Positions 9,838 through 17,492 of a DNA stretch of 64,000 nt are shown piece after piece. Origin of the DNA: Anaeromyxobacteraceae bacterium (lineage in GTDB: Bacteria; Myxococcota; Myxococcia; Myxococcales; Anaeromyxobacteraceae); the NCBI GenBank assembly GCA_047602405.1, contig JASGHJ010000001.1:2176001-2240000 (forward strand). Direction: 5' to 3'. Within the stretch, counting starts at the first letter, position 1. Every line of letters starts with the position of its first letter. The translations under genes and the position numbers were made by a program. A model generated the notes under the pieces. It was given only the letters and a program-made list of their open reading frames with translations, made no database searches and had not been told where the DNA came from.

Positions 9838-11715
9838 ATGGTGGGTGCAGTCGCGCTCTTCGCGCTCTTGGCGGCGGCGACCCCGAAGGTCGCCGTCCTC
9901 GACATCGAGATCGGGCAGGGCGTCGAGATCCAGGACCGGGCCGTCCTCACGGACGCGCTCGCGAGCGCGCTCCACGATCCGGAGGCGTTCAACCTCATCG
10001 CGACGCGCGACGTCACCGCGCTCCTCGGGCTGCAGTACCAGAAGCAGCTCCTCGGCAACCCGAACGACACCGGCAACGTCGCCCAGGTCGCGCAGAACCT
10101 CGGCACGGACGGCGCGATCGCCACCTCGGTCGGCAAGGTCGGCGACGGCCTCGTCGTGTCGGCCCGCCTGATCGAGACGAAGAGCGCGAACGTGCTCGCG
10201 CGCTCGACGGTCCCGGTCCCCGGCAAGGACATCCTCGCCGCCCTGCGCCGGGTCGGGTACGAGATCCGCAGGGAGTTCCGTGCGGCGAACGGCCTCGCGG
10301 CGCCGCCGGAGCCGGAGCCGCTCGCGGCGGGCGCGGCCTCCGCGCCCGAGGTGAAGCCGCCCGAGCAGTGCACCACCGTCACCGACTGCGATCTCGGCTG
10401 CCGCCAGTCGAGCGCGCTCGCGTGCGTGAAGCTCGGCACGATGCTGGCCGAGGGCCCGCCGAGGGATCCGGGCCGCGCGGCCCCCGCGTTCGAGCGTGCC
10501 TGCGAGCTCGGCGAGACCGCGCAGTGCGCGCCCGCCGCCGACGCGTACCTCACCGTCGGGCTCTCGACGCCGGCCGTGCGCCTCCTGCAGCGCGCCTGCC
10601 TCTCCGGCGAGGTGGAGGGGCCGAAGTCCTGCGCCCGCGCCGCCGAGATCCTCTGGGAGGGCAAGGGGCTCCTGCGCGACGCCACGAGCGCGGTGGCGCT
10701 CGCGAAGCGCGCCTGCGACGCGAACAACGGCCTCGGCTGCGTGATCATGGGCTACGCGCTCGTGAAGGGCGAGGGCGGCGTCCAGAAGGACCGCAAGAAG
10801 GCCGCCGAGCTCATCTCCGGCGCGTGCGCGAAGGGCGACGAGACCGCCTGCCTCGGCATGGGCGACATCGCGAAGGAGGCGAAGCCCGGCGAGGTCACGA
10901 AGGAGCAGCTCGCGCCGCTCGGGCCCGCCTGCGAGAAGGGGCTCCTCGCGGTCTGCGTGCCCGGCGCGGAGGCGGCGCAGCGGTTCGAGGACCCGGAGCT
11001 CGCGCTCAAGCTCTACAGGCACGCGTGCATGAACGACGCGCCCGACGCGGCGAAGGCGTGCGACGTGGGCGGCAACCTGTGGGTGGCGAAGGGCGGGGAT
11101 GCGGCGCCCGTCGGCGCCGAGCTCCAGCGGAAGGCCTGCACCCTCGGCAACAACGACGCCTGCGTGCGCGCGGCGATCTCCGAGTCGTTCCTCGCGACCG
11201 CGCAGCTCCCGCGCATCAAGGACCTGCTCCTCAAGGGCTGCAGCGCCGGCCCCATCCTGCAGGACTGCTTCAACACCGGCCTCGCGCTCGTCACCGGCCG
11301 CGGCAGCCTCAAGGATCCGAAGGTCGCGCTCGCCGTCTTCGAGAAGGCCTGCGCCGGCGGCCACGGCCCCTCCTGCCGCTCGGCGGCGACCTCCTACCGC
11401 GTCGGCACCACCGTCGCGAAGGACGTGGAGCGGTCCGCCGACTTCACCGAGCTCGCCTGCAAGAACGGCCAGTTCCCCGAGTGCATCCCGCTCGCGCAGT
11501 CGTTCGAGGACGGGCGCAGCGTGAAGAAGAACGAGAAGCGCGCCGTGGCCGTGCTCGACATGGCCTGCACCGGCGGCTTCGGCCCGGCGTGCAAGGAGCT
11601 CGCGGACCGCTACCAGGTCGGCAAGAACGTCTCCGAGGACGACAAGCGCTACCGCGAGTACAAGCGGAAGGCGTGCGACGCTGCCACCTCCGTGAAGGAG
11701 ATGTGCAAGCCGTAG
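9838..11715 (+). CDS. Secreted Cys-rich Sel1-like repeat protein with N-terminal CsgG/TolB-N-like domain
   Basis: Signal peptide; repeated A..ACxxG...C..LG units; KVAVLDI..GKVG..VVSARLIE N-domain. Confidence 0.8.
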   Translation: MVGAVALFALLAAATPKVAVLDIEIGQGVEIQDRAVLTDALASALHDPEAFNLIATRDVTALLGLQYQKQLLGNPNDTGNVAQVAQNLGTDGAIATSVGKVGDGLVVSARLIETKSANVLARSTVPVPGKDILAALRRVGYEIRREFRAANGLAAPPEPEPLAAGAASAPEVKPPEQCTTVTDCDLGCRQSSALACVKLGTMLAEGPPRDPGRAAPAFERACELGETAQCAPAADAYLTVGLSTPAVRLLQRACLSGEVEGPKSCARAAEILWEGKGLLRDATSAVALAKRACDANNGLGCVIMGYALVKGEGGVQKDRKKAAELISGACAKGDETACLGMGDIAKEAKPGEVTKEQLAPLGPACEKGLLAVCVPGAEAAQRFEDPELALKLYRHACMNDAPDAAKACDVGGNLWVAKGGDAAPVGAELQRKACTLGNNDACVRAAISESFLATAQLPRIKDLLLKGCSAGPILQDCFNTGLALVTGRGSLKDPKVALAVFEKACAGGHGPSCRSAATSYRVGTTVAKDVERSADFTELACKNGQFPECIPLAQSFEDGRSVKKNEKRAVAVLDMACTGGFGPACKELADRYQVGKNVSEDDKRYREYKRKACDAATSVKEMCKP

Positions 11716-11756
11716 CCGTCGCGGGTCGCTCCAGCGACCTGCGACGCCCGTAGGTC

Positions 11757-12107
11757 CTACCGGCCCCCCAGCCTCTCTGCGCAGACCCGCACGAGCACCG
11801 GGTGCGCCCCCGCCACCGGCGTCCCCAGCTCGATCGCCCCCAGCAATTCCCTCACCCTCGCCCTTTCTCCGGCGCCGACCTCCGCCGCCGTCCGCCCCGC
11901 GGGCCGCGAGAGCTCGAGCGCCTCCGAGAGCGCGCGCAGCCGCTCCCGCCGCGCCGCCCCCACGAGCCACCTCGCCTCCTCCGCGGCCCCCTGCGCCCCC
12001 GCAGCGAGCCGCGAGACGAGCGCGCCCGCCCGCTCCGGCGCGAAGAGCGCCGCGAGCGCGCAGAGCCGCCGGACGCTGCTCGAAGGCGGGTGCGCCGGGG
12101 CGCTCAC
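11757..12107 (-). CDS. Hypothetical T3SS-associated protein (SctK position)
   Basis: GTG start overlaps the sctJ stop; co-oriented; no recognisable motif. Confidence 0.55.
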   Translation of the reverse strand: MSAPAHPPSSSVRRLCALAALFAPERAGALVSRLAAGAQGAAEEARWLVGAARRERLRALSEALELSRPAGRTAAEVGAGERARVRELLGAIELGTPVAGAHPVLVRVCAERLGGR

Positions 12108-12817
12108 CGCGCACCTCCCCGGAGCCGCCCGAGGAGCCCAGCCCCCGCGAGCCCGATCGCGCCCGTGCCCGCGAGCGCCGCGAGCCCGAGGAGGAGCGCG
12201 TTGCCGCGGCGCCCGGCCGGTTCCGGCGGCGGCCCGGGCGCCGCGCCCGGCGCGATGACCACCGCGACCGCGCCGGGATCGAGCCCGTCGGCGGCCCCCG
12301 CCACGAGCGCGCGGAGCCCGCCCTCGAGCGCCCGCACCGCGTCGCAGGCGGCCGGCCGGCACTTCACGAGCACCGAGGCGCGCGGCGGCGGCGCGTCGCC
12401 GGGCCGCAGCGGGTCGGCCCGGGCGAGGCCCAGGTGCACCCGGGCCTCCAGCACGCCGTCGACGCTCTCGATCGAGCGCGCGAGCTCTCCCGCGAGCGCG
12501 TGCGCGTAGCGGGCCTGCTCCTCGAGCGGCGTGGGGACCATCGAGCCCTTCGCGAAGACCTCCTCCACGCCGGGGGGCCGGGTGCGCGGCAGCGCCCGCT
12601 CGGCGAGCACGCGGTGCGCGCGCGCGGCCTCCGCCGCCGGCACCGCCACCGAGAACGTGGCGTCCTGGCCCTCGGCGCGGAGCTTCTCGGCGGGGACGCC
12701 GGCCTCCCCGAGGGCCACGAGGACCTCGTTCGCCGCCCGCTCGTCGAGGCCGGTGAGGAGCCCGGTGCTCGACGAGCAGGCGGTGAGAACGAGGAGGATG
12801 AGGGGCGGGGCGCGCAT
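12104..12817 (-). CDS. sctJ: SctJ/YscJ-like inner-membrane ring lipoprotein
   Basis: Lipobox LTAC, GLDERAANE, MVPTPLEEQARY..ELARSIESVDGVLEARVHL, C-terminal TM. Confidence 0.9.
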   Translation of the reverse strand: MRAPPLILLVLTACSSSTGLLTGLDERAANEVLVALGEAGVPAEKLRAEGQDATFSVAVPAAEAARAHRVLAERALPRTRPPGVEEVFAKGSMVPTPLEEQARYAHALAGELARSIESVDGVLEARVHLGLARADPLRPGDAPPPRASVLVKCRPAACDAVRALEGGLRALVAGAADGLDPGAVAVVIAPGAAPGPPPEPAGRRGNALLLGLAALAGTGAIGLAGAGLLGRLRGGAR

Positions 12818-12825
12818 GCCGACCC

Positions 12826-13173
12826 TCACAGCTGCGTGTTGAGCGCGTGCTTCACCGACTGCGCCCCCTGCTCGACGAGCTTGCCCGCGAGGTCCACCAC
12901 CTGCACCGCGCGGTAGGCCTCGGCCTGCAGGGCGAGGAGCTCGCGCGCCGTGAAGGTCCGGCCGGAGCGCGCGGCCGCGAGCACGCCGTCGAGCCGCGCC
13001 TGCGCTGCGGCGACCGCGTCGAGCCCCTGGCGCGCGGCCGCGGGAAGAGTGCCCGCGCGGGCGGCGGGGCCCGCGCCGCGCGCCTCGAGCGCGGCCTGGA
13101 AGGAGGCGCGCGGGCCCGGCACGGGCGCAGGGCCGACGGGGCGCGCGACGGCGGTGAGCGGGGCGAGCGGCAT
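12826..13173 (-). CDS. Putative inner-rod (SctI/HrpB2-like) protein
   Basis: C-terminal ELLALQ..DLAGKLVEQGAQSVKHALNTQL helix; directly upstream of sctJ. Confidence 0.6.
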   Translation of the reverse strand: MPLAPLTAVARPVGPAPVPGPRASFQAALEARGAGPAARAGTLPAAARQGLDAVAAAQARLDGVLAAARSGRTFTARELLALQAEAYRAVQVVDLAGKLVEQGAQSVKHALNTQL

Positions 13174-13180
13174 GGGGCAC

Positions 13181-13663
13181 CTAGTGAATGTTGGAGATCG
13201 CACCCTTCGCGGTGTCGTGCTTCACCTTCATCACGTTCGAGAGCGCCGAGAACTCGCGGCTCTCCCGCTGTAGCGACTCCTGGAGCTGCAGGTACTGCAG
13301 GTTGTACGTGCGGGCCTCCGCCTGCAGCTGGCGGGTCGCGCTGAGGAGGTCGTCCTCCGTACCGCCTCCGGCGCCCGGCGCCGGCGACGCCCCCAGCGCG
13401 CCGCCCGCGTGGCCGGTGAGCCCGCCCCCGCGCGGCGCGGCGGCACCGTTCAGCGCGCCGCGGACGGCGCCGGAGAGCACGGTGCCCCCGGGCACGAGCG
13501 GCGCCACGGCCTCGACGCCCGCGACGACGCCGCGGGCGAGCCCGTCGGCGGCGCCGCGGAGCGCCGCCTCGAAGCGCCCGGGCTCGGTCTGGCGCTCGGT
13601 GGTGCTCGCGACGTGGATGGTCTCGACCTGCGGCGGGGGCTGCGGCCCATCGATCCGGTTCAT
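13181..13663 (-). CDS. Putative needle/filament subunit (SctF-like C-terminus)
   Basis: C-terminus YLQLQ..FSALSNVMKVKHDTAKGAISNIH resembles needle subunit ends; AAGGAG RBS. Confidence 0.6.
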   Translation of the reverse strand: MNRIDGPQPPPQVETIHVASTTERQTEPGRFEAALRGAADGLARGVVAGVEAVAPLVPGGTVLSGAVRGALNGAAAPRGGGLTGHAGGALGASPAPGAGGGTEDDLLSATRQLQAEARTYNLQYLQLQESLQRESREFSALSNVMKVKHDTAKGAISNIH

Positions 13664-13702
13664 GCGGGTCTCCTTGGCGCGGCGTGCGCAAGGGGCTCCA
13701 TC

Positions 13703-13717
13703 GCAAGCGACGTGCCG
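13703..13717 (-). promoter_or_regulatory. sigma54 -24/-12 promoter of the T3SS structural operon
   Basis: Minus strand CGGCACGTCGCTTGC with exact GG-N10-GC spacing, 40 bp upstream of the ATG. Confidence 0.7.
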
Positions 13718-13818
13718 CCCGCAATTCCGCGGAAAGACACGCGCGACGGTGGCCGCGCCGGTCCGCGGCACGGCCGGACGGTCCGCGGCGCGGACCCGGG
13801 CCGGTCAGGGAGGCAGCG

Positions 13819-14265
13819 ATGGGGACGAGGTCGAAGAGGAAGAGGAGCGCGGCGCGCGCGCGGCTGGACGCGCGCAGCCTGGTGACGCTCGAGGTGGTCT
13901 GCGACGGCCCCGCGCGCGGCTGGGTCCACACGCACGGGCTCGCCGCGCTCGGCCACCCGGAGCTCGAGATCCGCGGCGTGCCGATGTTCCTCGGCCACGC
14001 CGCGGCGCAGGTGCTCGGCGACCTCGTCGACTACCTCGTGAACGACGCGACGCACCCCCTGCTCGCGGGCCAGAACGTCGGCCTCGCGCGGGCGTCGTTC
14101 CAGGTGGTCGAGGGGCACCCCGACGAGGCGGCGGGCTACGACGCGTACCACTACGTCGACCCGCGGCTCACGCTCGTCGACCTGCCCCCGCACCCGCTCG
14201 ACTGCGACGAATGCGTGGCCGAGGCGGCGGCGCGCGAGGCGGCCCGCTCGGGACTGCCGAGCTGA
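13819..14265 (+). CDS. Hypothetical protein (DUF4262-like)
   Basis: WVHTHGLAALGHPELEIRG motif; GGAGG RBS. Confidence 0.6.
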   Translation: MGTRSKRKRSAARARLDARSLVTLEVVCDGPARGWVHTHGLAALGHPELEIRGVPMFLGHAAAQVLGDLVDYLVNDATHPLLAGQNVGLARASFQVVEGHPDEAAGYDAYHYVDPRLTLVDLPPHPLDCDECVAEAAAREAARSGLPS

Positions 14266-14291
14266 GGCGCCGTGTTACCCTGCCGGCCCAG

Positions 14292-15632
14292 GTGATCGCG
14301 ACCGCCCCCGAGACCGCGTCGTACCTGCACCGCCTCTCGGAGGCGATCCTGCACGCGCAGCGGCCCATCCGCGTGCTGCGCTCCATCAACTGGGGCCCGC
14401 GCGTGCACGACCGCTTCTTCAAGGCCGGCGCGCGCGAGCTGCCACGGCCAGAGTACGCGCCGCTCGGCTTCGACCCGAAGGCGAAGACCCGGGAGCTCCG
14501 GGCGCTGCGCCGGACGATCCGGGGCAAGAACCCGGTCGAGGAGCTCCTCCGGAGGAAGTGCGACGAGTTCGTGCTCGTGGCGGAGCTCCTCGCCGCCCGC
14601 GGCACGCGCCGCTTCTACGAGCTCAGCCGGAAGATCTACGGCGACCCGCGCGATCGCTTCCCGGACCACCACGTCGACAACCTCGCCATCGCGCGCCTGT
14701 GGGCCTCCCGCCCGCGGGCGCGCGACGAGGAGCAGACGCTCTCCGCCGATCAGGCGGCGCGCGAGGTCGCCCGGATCTGCAAGCCGTTCCTCGGCCGCGA
14801 TCTCAAGGTGATCGTCACGAACCGCCTCACCGCGAACGCGGCGGCGGGCGCCACCCGCGTCTCGCTCCGGAAGGGCGCGCGCTTCAGCGAGCGGCAGGCC
14901 CGCGCGCTCGCCCACCACGAGGGGCTCTGGCACGTGCTGACGAGCGTGAACGGCCTGCGCCAGCCGGTGCTCACCGTGCTCGGGGTGGGGCTGCCGCGTC
15001 ACCTCGAGTCGCAGGAGGGCGCCGGCATCCTCGCCGAGTACCTCACCGGCAACATCACCGACGAGCGCTACATCGAGCTCGGCGAGCGGACCATCGCCAT
15101 CGACATGGCGGCCCGCGGGGCCGACTTCCTCGAGGTGTACCGCTACCTCCTCGCCCGGTTCCCCCCGCCCAAGGCGGCGCTCATGAGCGAGCGGGTGTTC
15201 CGCGGCGGCGTCGTGACCGGCGGGGCGCCGTTCACGAAGGACGCCGCCTACCAGCGCGGCTACTGCAGGACCTTCAACTTCCTGCGCACCGCGCTCGACC
15301 AGCGCGACGTCGAGCTCGTGCGGGCGTTCCTCGCCGGCAAGATGAGCGTCGACGACGCCGCGCTCGTGCGCGACCTCGTGGAGGACGGGCTGTGCGTCGG
15401 CCCGGTGCACCTGCCGGAGTGGTTCGTCGACATCGACCGGCTGAACGCGGTCACCACCCACAGCGTCACGATGAACCGCTTCAGCGTGCCGAACGTCACC
15501 CGCTACTACGCCGCCCGGCACGAGCGGCGGAGGGCCCTGGCCGGCCGCACGCCGACCCCGGTGCCCGCCGAGCCCGACTCGGAGGAGCGCGAGCCGGCGG
15601 CGGGCGCCGACGAGGGCGACCTCGGCGAGTGA
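14292..15632 (+). CDS. DUF1704/QEGLA-motif metallopeptidase (Tyr/Phe carboxypeptidase-like)
   Basis: HHEGLWH zinc motif, SQEGAG, RVFRGG..FTKDAAY. Confidence 0.85.
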   Translation: MIATAPETASYLHRLSEAILHAQRPIRVLRSINWGPRVHDRFFKAGARELPRPEYAPLGFDPKAKTRELRALRRTIRGKNPVEELLRRKCDEFVLVAELLAARGTRRFYELSRKIYGDPRDRFPDHHVDNLAIARLWASRPRARDEEQTLSADQAAREVARICKPFLGRDLKVIVTNRLTANAAAGATRVSLRKGARFSERQARALAHHEGLWHVLTSVNGLRQPVLTVLGVGLPRHLESQEGAGILAEYLTGNITDERYIELGERTIAIDMAARGADFLEVYRYLLARFPPPKAALMSERVFRGGVVTGGAPFTKDAAYQRGYCRTFNFLRTALDQRDVELVRAFLAGKMSVDDAALVRDLVEDGLCVGPVHLPEWFVDIDRLNAVTTHSVTMNRFSVPNVTRYYAARHERRRALAGRTPTPVPAEPDSEEREPAAGADEGDLGE

Positions 15633-15670
15633 GGCGGGTCGACCCTCCGTCGAGATATGCGGGGAGCCGG

Positions 15671-15700
15671 TTGAACCGGGCCGGGCGGGTCGACTAGGTT
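15671..15700 (+). promoter_or_regulatory. sigma70-type promoter, leaderless
   Basis: TTGAAC-N18-TAGGTT, then 7 nt to the ATG at 15708. Confidence 0.55.
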
Positions 15701-15707
15701 GGCCTCG

Positions 15708-16421
15708 ATGAAGCGGAACATGGTCCGGATCGACGAGGCGCTGTGCAACGGCTGCGGGGACTGCCTCGCGTCCTGCCACGAGGGCGCGCTCGCGCTCGTC
15801 GACGGCAAGGCCCGGCTCGTGGGCGACGTCTACTGCGACGGGCTCGGGGCGTGCCTCCCGAAGTGTCCGACCGGCGCCATCACCGTCGAGGAGCGGGAGG
15901 CCGCCGCGTTCGACGCGGCCGCGGTCGAGGCCCGCAAGCGCGCCGGCCGCTCGCGGCTGCGCGTCCTCGGCGCGCCGCCCTCCGCGGGCCCCGAGACCAC
16001 CGGCTGCCCGGGGTCCGCGACCCGCACGCTCTCGCCGGGCGGCTCGAAGCTCGGCCACTGGCCGGTCCAGCTCCGGCTCGTGCCGTCCACGGCGGGGTTC
16101 CTCGCCGGCGCGGACCTCGTCGTGTGCGCCGACTGCGTCCCGTTCGCCGTGCCGGACTTCCACGCCCGCTACCTCGACGGCCGCGCGGTCGTCGTCGCCT
16201 GCCCGAAGCTCGACGACGGCGCCGACATGGAGGCCCGCCTCGCCTCGCTCGTCGCGAGCGCCCGCCCGCGACGCATGACCGTGGTCCGGATGGAGGTCCC
16301 CTGCTGCGCCGGCATCGCGAACGCCGCCATCCGCGCGGCCGAGGCCGACGGGGCCGACTTCCCCATCGAGGACCACGTCGCCGGCATCGGCGGCGGGATC
16401 GCGCTGCGGAAGCTCCGCTGA
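15708..16421 (+). CDS. 4Fe-4S dicluster ferredoxin-domain protein
   Basis: CNGCGDC..CHEGA, CDGLGAC..CPTGA, GCPGS, WPVQL, ADC, CPKLD, MEVPCC. Confidence 0.9.
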   Translation: MKRNMVRIDEALCNGCGDCLASCHEGALALVDGKARLVGDVYCDGLGACLPKCPTGAITVEEREAAAFDAAAVEARKRAGRSRLRVLGAPPSAGPETTGCPGSATRTLSPGGSKLGHWPVQLRLVPSTAGFLAGADLVVCADCVPFAVPDFHARYLDGRAVVVACPKLDDGADMEARLASLVASARPRRMTVVRMEVPCCAGIANAAIRAAEADGADFPIEDHVAGIGGGIALRKLR

Positions 16422-16552
16422 GCCGGGCCGCCGCCCGGTGAATCGCGGGGTTGGCGCCGCCGTGTGACACCGTCGCAGAACCGTCACCCGGCCGCCACGG
16501 GCTCGACCCGCGGCCGTCGCATGCTGCCTCCATGAGAGAAGGAGGCACGCAC

Positions 16553-17386
16553 ATGACGCGATTCCTCGGGGTGGCGACGGCGCTGCTCCTCCCGCTCGCG
16601 GCGAGCGCCCAGGGCCTCACCGTGAAGGGCTCCGACACGATGGTGATCCTCGCCCAGCGGTGGGCCGAGGCCTACATGAAGGTGAAGCCGGGCGCGCGCG
16701 TCCAGGTGACGGGCGGCGGCTCCGGCGTCGGCATCGCCGCGCTCGTCAACGGCACGACCGACGTCGCGAACGCCTCCCGCCCGCTCAAGGACGCGGAGAA
16801 GAAGCAGGTGCAGGGGAAGTACGGCGTCCCGGCGGTCGAGACGCCGGTGGCGAAGGACGGCGTCGCGTTCTACGTCCACGCCTCGAACCCGGTGCAGACG
16901 CTCACCATCGCCCAGCTGAAGGGGATCTACGCGGGCGACATCAAGAACTGGAAGGAGGTCGGCGGGAAGGACGCGCCGATCGGCCTCTACTCGCGCGAGA
17001 ACTCGTCCGGCACCTACGCCTACGTGAAGGACGAGGTGCTCGGGAAGGGCGTCGACTTCGCGGCGAACGCGCAGACCCTGCCCGGCACGGCGGCGGTCGT
17101 GAACGCGGTCGCGAAGGCGCCGGACGGCATCGGCTACGGCGGCGCGGCGTACGCGAAGGGCGTGCGGGAGCTCCGCGTGGCGGCGAAGGCCGGGGAGGCG
17201 GGCGAGCTCCCCACGAAGGCGAACGTGCTCTCCGGGAAGTACCCGCTCTCGCGCGACCTCCTCATGGTCACCCGCGGCGCGCCCGCGGGCGCGGCGAAGG
17301 CGTTCATGGACTGGGCGCTCACGAAGGAGGGGCAGGCGATCGTGGAGACGGTGGGCTACTACCCTGTGTTGCACGGGGTGCCGTAG
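16553..17386 (+). CDS. pstS: Phosphate ABC transporter substrate-binding protein
   Basis: KGSDTM, GGGSGVG, ASR, RENSSGT, YPLSR motifs; signal peptide; AGGAGG RBS. Confidence 0.9.
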   Translation: MTRFLGVATALLLPLAASAQGLTVKGSDTMVILAQRWAEAYMKVKPGARVQVTGGGSGVGIAALVNGTTDVANASRPLKDAEKKQVQGKYGVPAVETPVAKDGVAFYVHASNPVQTLTIAQLKGIYAGDIKNWKEVGGKDAPIGLYSRENSSGTYAYVKDEVLGKGVDFAANAQTLPGTAAVVNAVAKAPDGIGYGGAAYAKGVRELRVAAKAGEAGELPTKANVLSGKYPLSRDLLMVTRGAPAGAAKAFMDWALTKEGQAIVETVGYYPVLHGVP

Positions 17387-17429
17387 GCACCCCTCCCCAT
17401 GCGCAGAGCGCATGGGGCCCCTCCCCTGG
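17368..17429 (-). repeat. Double-hairpin REP/RPE-like element, copy overlapping the pstS 3' end
   Basis: Reverse complement CCAGGGGAGGGGCCCC-hairpin-GGGGAGGGGTGCCTACGGCACCCCGTGCAAC has the family architecture. Confidence 0.65.
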
Positions 17430-17438
17430 ATCAGCTCC

Positions 17439-17470
17439 GCCCCTGCCGCAGCCTTCGGCGCGGCAGGGGC
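17439..17470. terminator. GC-rich hairpin between convergent pstS and M13 peptidase genes
   Basis: GCCCCTGCCGC / GCGGCAGGGGC stem with a cTTCGg cap. Confidence 0.5.
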
Positions 17471-17492
17471 TTCGCTGGGTTCGGCTCGGCCG

